DNA of 64,000 nucleotides from the NCBI RefSeq assembly GCF_006345805.1, contig NC_043001.1:51274001-51338000 (forward strand). The letters are read 5' to 3'. How positions within the stretch are numbered: the first letter of the stretch is position 1; every line of letters starts with the position of its first letter. The notes beneath the pieces were generated by a model. That model made no database searches, had not been told where the DNA came from, and worked only from the letters and a program-made list of their open reading frames with translations. The DNA comes from Octopus sinensis. Lineage: Eukaryota. Of this stretch, positions 61,799 to 64,000 are shown piece by piece. Both the position numbers and the translations under genes were made by a program.

Positions 61799-62360
61799 CT
61801 GTCAAGAAATATTAGCAGTGTTATACATTTTCATGCTAATGTTTTCATAAACTGAGAATAGGGTGTAGCAAATATCTGCGATTAAATCAAAATTCCACAG
61901 AAGTGAAAAGATGTTACTGTATATTTAAATTTCGAATTTTCTTCATAGAATTTCAATGTGTTAAATTTCAAAATTTCAGTATAGGAATTTTCTTTTTAGT
62001 CTTCTCCACCCTGTTTCGGTTTATGAAATTATGTCATTTTTGAAATTTTAAACCAAAATTATGTCAATTTGAAATTTTAAACCAAAAATAGGAGAGACGG
62101 GGAATCAGAAAGGAAAAAAATATCAAATGAATCAAAACAACATCATTTAAAGTAAAAGAATGGTCTGAGAGTTCCAGAAGATTCTATTGAATCTAGAGGT
62201 TTCTGCCAAACCATTTAATGGTGTTACTAAATTGAATAAAATAGGTTATCATATTTTCCAAATTTCTCTGACTAAATTTATAGCCAAAAGAGGTAAAGTA
62301 TATTCCAAGATAACTTTGGATCAAATATTCTATGTGAAATGCAATAAAATTTGGGAAGAT

Positions 62361-62778
62361 AGGTGCAGGAGTGGCTATGTGGTAAGTAGCTTGCTAACCA
62401 ACCACATGGTTCTGGGTTCAGTCCCACTGCATGGCATCTTGGGCAAGTGTCTTCTGCTATAGCCCCGGGCCGACCAATGCCTTGTGAGTGGATTTGGTAG
62501 ATAGAAACTGAAAGAAGCCTGTCTTATATATGTATATATATATATATGTATGTATGTGTGTGTTTGTGTGTCTGTGTTTGTCTCCCTAGCATTGCTTGAC
62601 AACCAATGCTGGTGTGTTTACGTCCCCGTCACTTAGCGGTTCGGCAAAAGAGACCGATAGACTAAGTACTGGGCTTACAAAGAATAAGTCCTGGGGTCGA
62701 TTTGCTTGACTAAAGGTGGTGCTCCAGCATGGCCACAGTCAAATGACTGAAACAAGTAAAAGAGTAAAGAGTAAGAGT
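62361..62778 (+). mobile_element. tRNA-derived SINE, family A
   Basis: Full head, body and tail. Confidence 0.88.
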
Positions 62779-63455
62779 ATAGTGACAATGTTTGAATGTT
62801 TACACTATGATGCTTACACTACCTGCTTGAATTATGTATTATGTCAACTTGTATGTCTGAAAATATGGTAGATGATGTGTTGTATGAATATGTTGAAGAA
62901 ATATGCTTTGGCAGTAAAGATACACAATGTGTTGTTGTTCTCTGTGCGAACAGTAATTTCAACTATTGGTCTTCTTTTATAAAAATTACTAGAATACCAA
63001 ATCCATTATGTTTAATGAAGAAAATATTTGAACCTTTATATACTTTAATTTTGCCTTGCCGTAATTCTGCTGAGATTGTAACCTTTTGTTTTGATTTAAA
63101 TTTACCTTCTCTGATACCACCTACCTCTCCTTTCTCAGAGCCTTTGGCTCACACTGTCTTGCACAGTTTCCATTGATTAATTTACTTCCTTCATCTCTAA
63201 ATAGTCTTAAGTATCTTTCCCATTACCTTTTTTCCCTTTCTTCTTTCCTTCTCTCTCTCTCTCTGTCTATACCTTCCTCTCCTTTGCTCTTTAGCACTTT
63301 TGTTTACCCTCTTTAGTTGATGAACTTATTTCTCCATCTCCGCATAATCTCGATTAAATATCCTACACAATCCTCCCACCTTTCTCTCATATTCACCCAC
63401 CCCACACACAAATGCTCAAATTTGTTAAATGTTTCGTAAAATGTTATACACTACC

Positions 63456-63627
63456 AGGTGCAGGAGTGGCTGTGTGGTAAGTAGCTTGCTTACCAACCAC
63501 ATGGTTCCAGGTTCATTCCTACTGCATGACACCTTGGGCAAGTGTCGCCTATTATAGCCTCAGGCTGACCAAAGCCTTGTGAGTGGATTTGGTAGACAGA
63601 AACTGAAAGAAGCCCATCGTATATACG

Positions 63628-63682
<55 letters not shown>

Positions 63683-63888
63683 ATGTGTGTGTGTTTATGT
63701 GTTTGTGTTTGTTCCCCCCAACATTGCTTGACAACCAATGCTGGTGTGTTTACATCCCTGTAACTTACCAGTTCAGCAAAAGAGACCGATAGAATAAGTC
63801 CTGGGGTCGATTTGCTCGACTAAAGGTGGTGCTCCAGCATGGCTACAGTCAAATGACTGAAACAAGTAAAAGAGTAAAGAGTAAGAGT
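63456..63888 (+). mobile_element. tRNA-derived SINE, family A
   Basis: Full head, body and tail. Confidence 0.88.
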
Positions 63889-64000
63889 ACTTTCTTTCAG
63901 CAATTTGAAAGACAGCTGTAAACAATCATGTTGAGTGTTTATAAAATACCACTGAGCGATTATGGTCACAATTCTCAAAACCATCCTGGGAAAGGTGAAC

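Noticed and set aside
62823-62856. Possible 34-nt upstream CFAP44 exon (ttttcag|AC ATA CAA...AGC AG|gtagtg)
   Set aside because: The only open frame ends in phase 2 and would need an alternative acceptor at 61790. I see no recognisable homology. Needs RNA-seq.

Overview
AT-rich, repeat-dense eukaryotic DNA. The mix of SINEs, RTE, Penelope and microsatellites suggests an octopus or other cephalopod (inference, no database check). The only host gene I can support is the 3' part of CFAP44 (WDR52) on the minus strand: 10 coding exons from 61798 to the stop at 12881, all GT-AG and phase-consistent, with one 26.9-kb intron (22114-49042). The rest is transposon-derived: three Penelope-like element (PLE) remnants, three copies of one RTE LINE family, a BovB-like RTE, a CR1 fragment, a truncated Ty3/Gypsy, a LINE tail with C2H2 fingers, mariner/Tc1 and piggyBac-like elements, foldback elements, two 5S rRNA pseudogenes and many tRNA-derived SINEs. 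Best leads: (1) a 117-nt GT-AG intron-like segment in the 5' coding region of a near full-length RTE LINE, whose removal restores an ATG-initiated frame; (2) six minimal hammerhead-ribozyme motifs in PLE-type repeats; (3) two 5S-plus-SINE composites; (4) a PHD-type finger inside the RTE reverse-transcriptase region; (5) duplications at nearly the same point in two RTE 3' UTRs. All alignments, folds and family assignments were done by eye.
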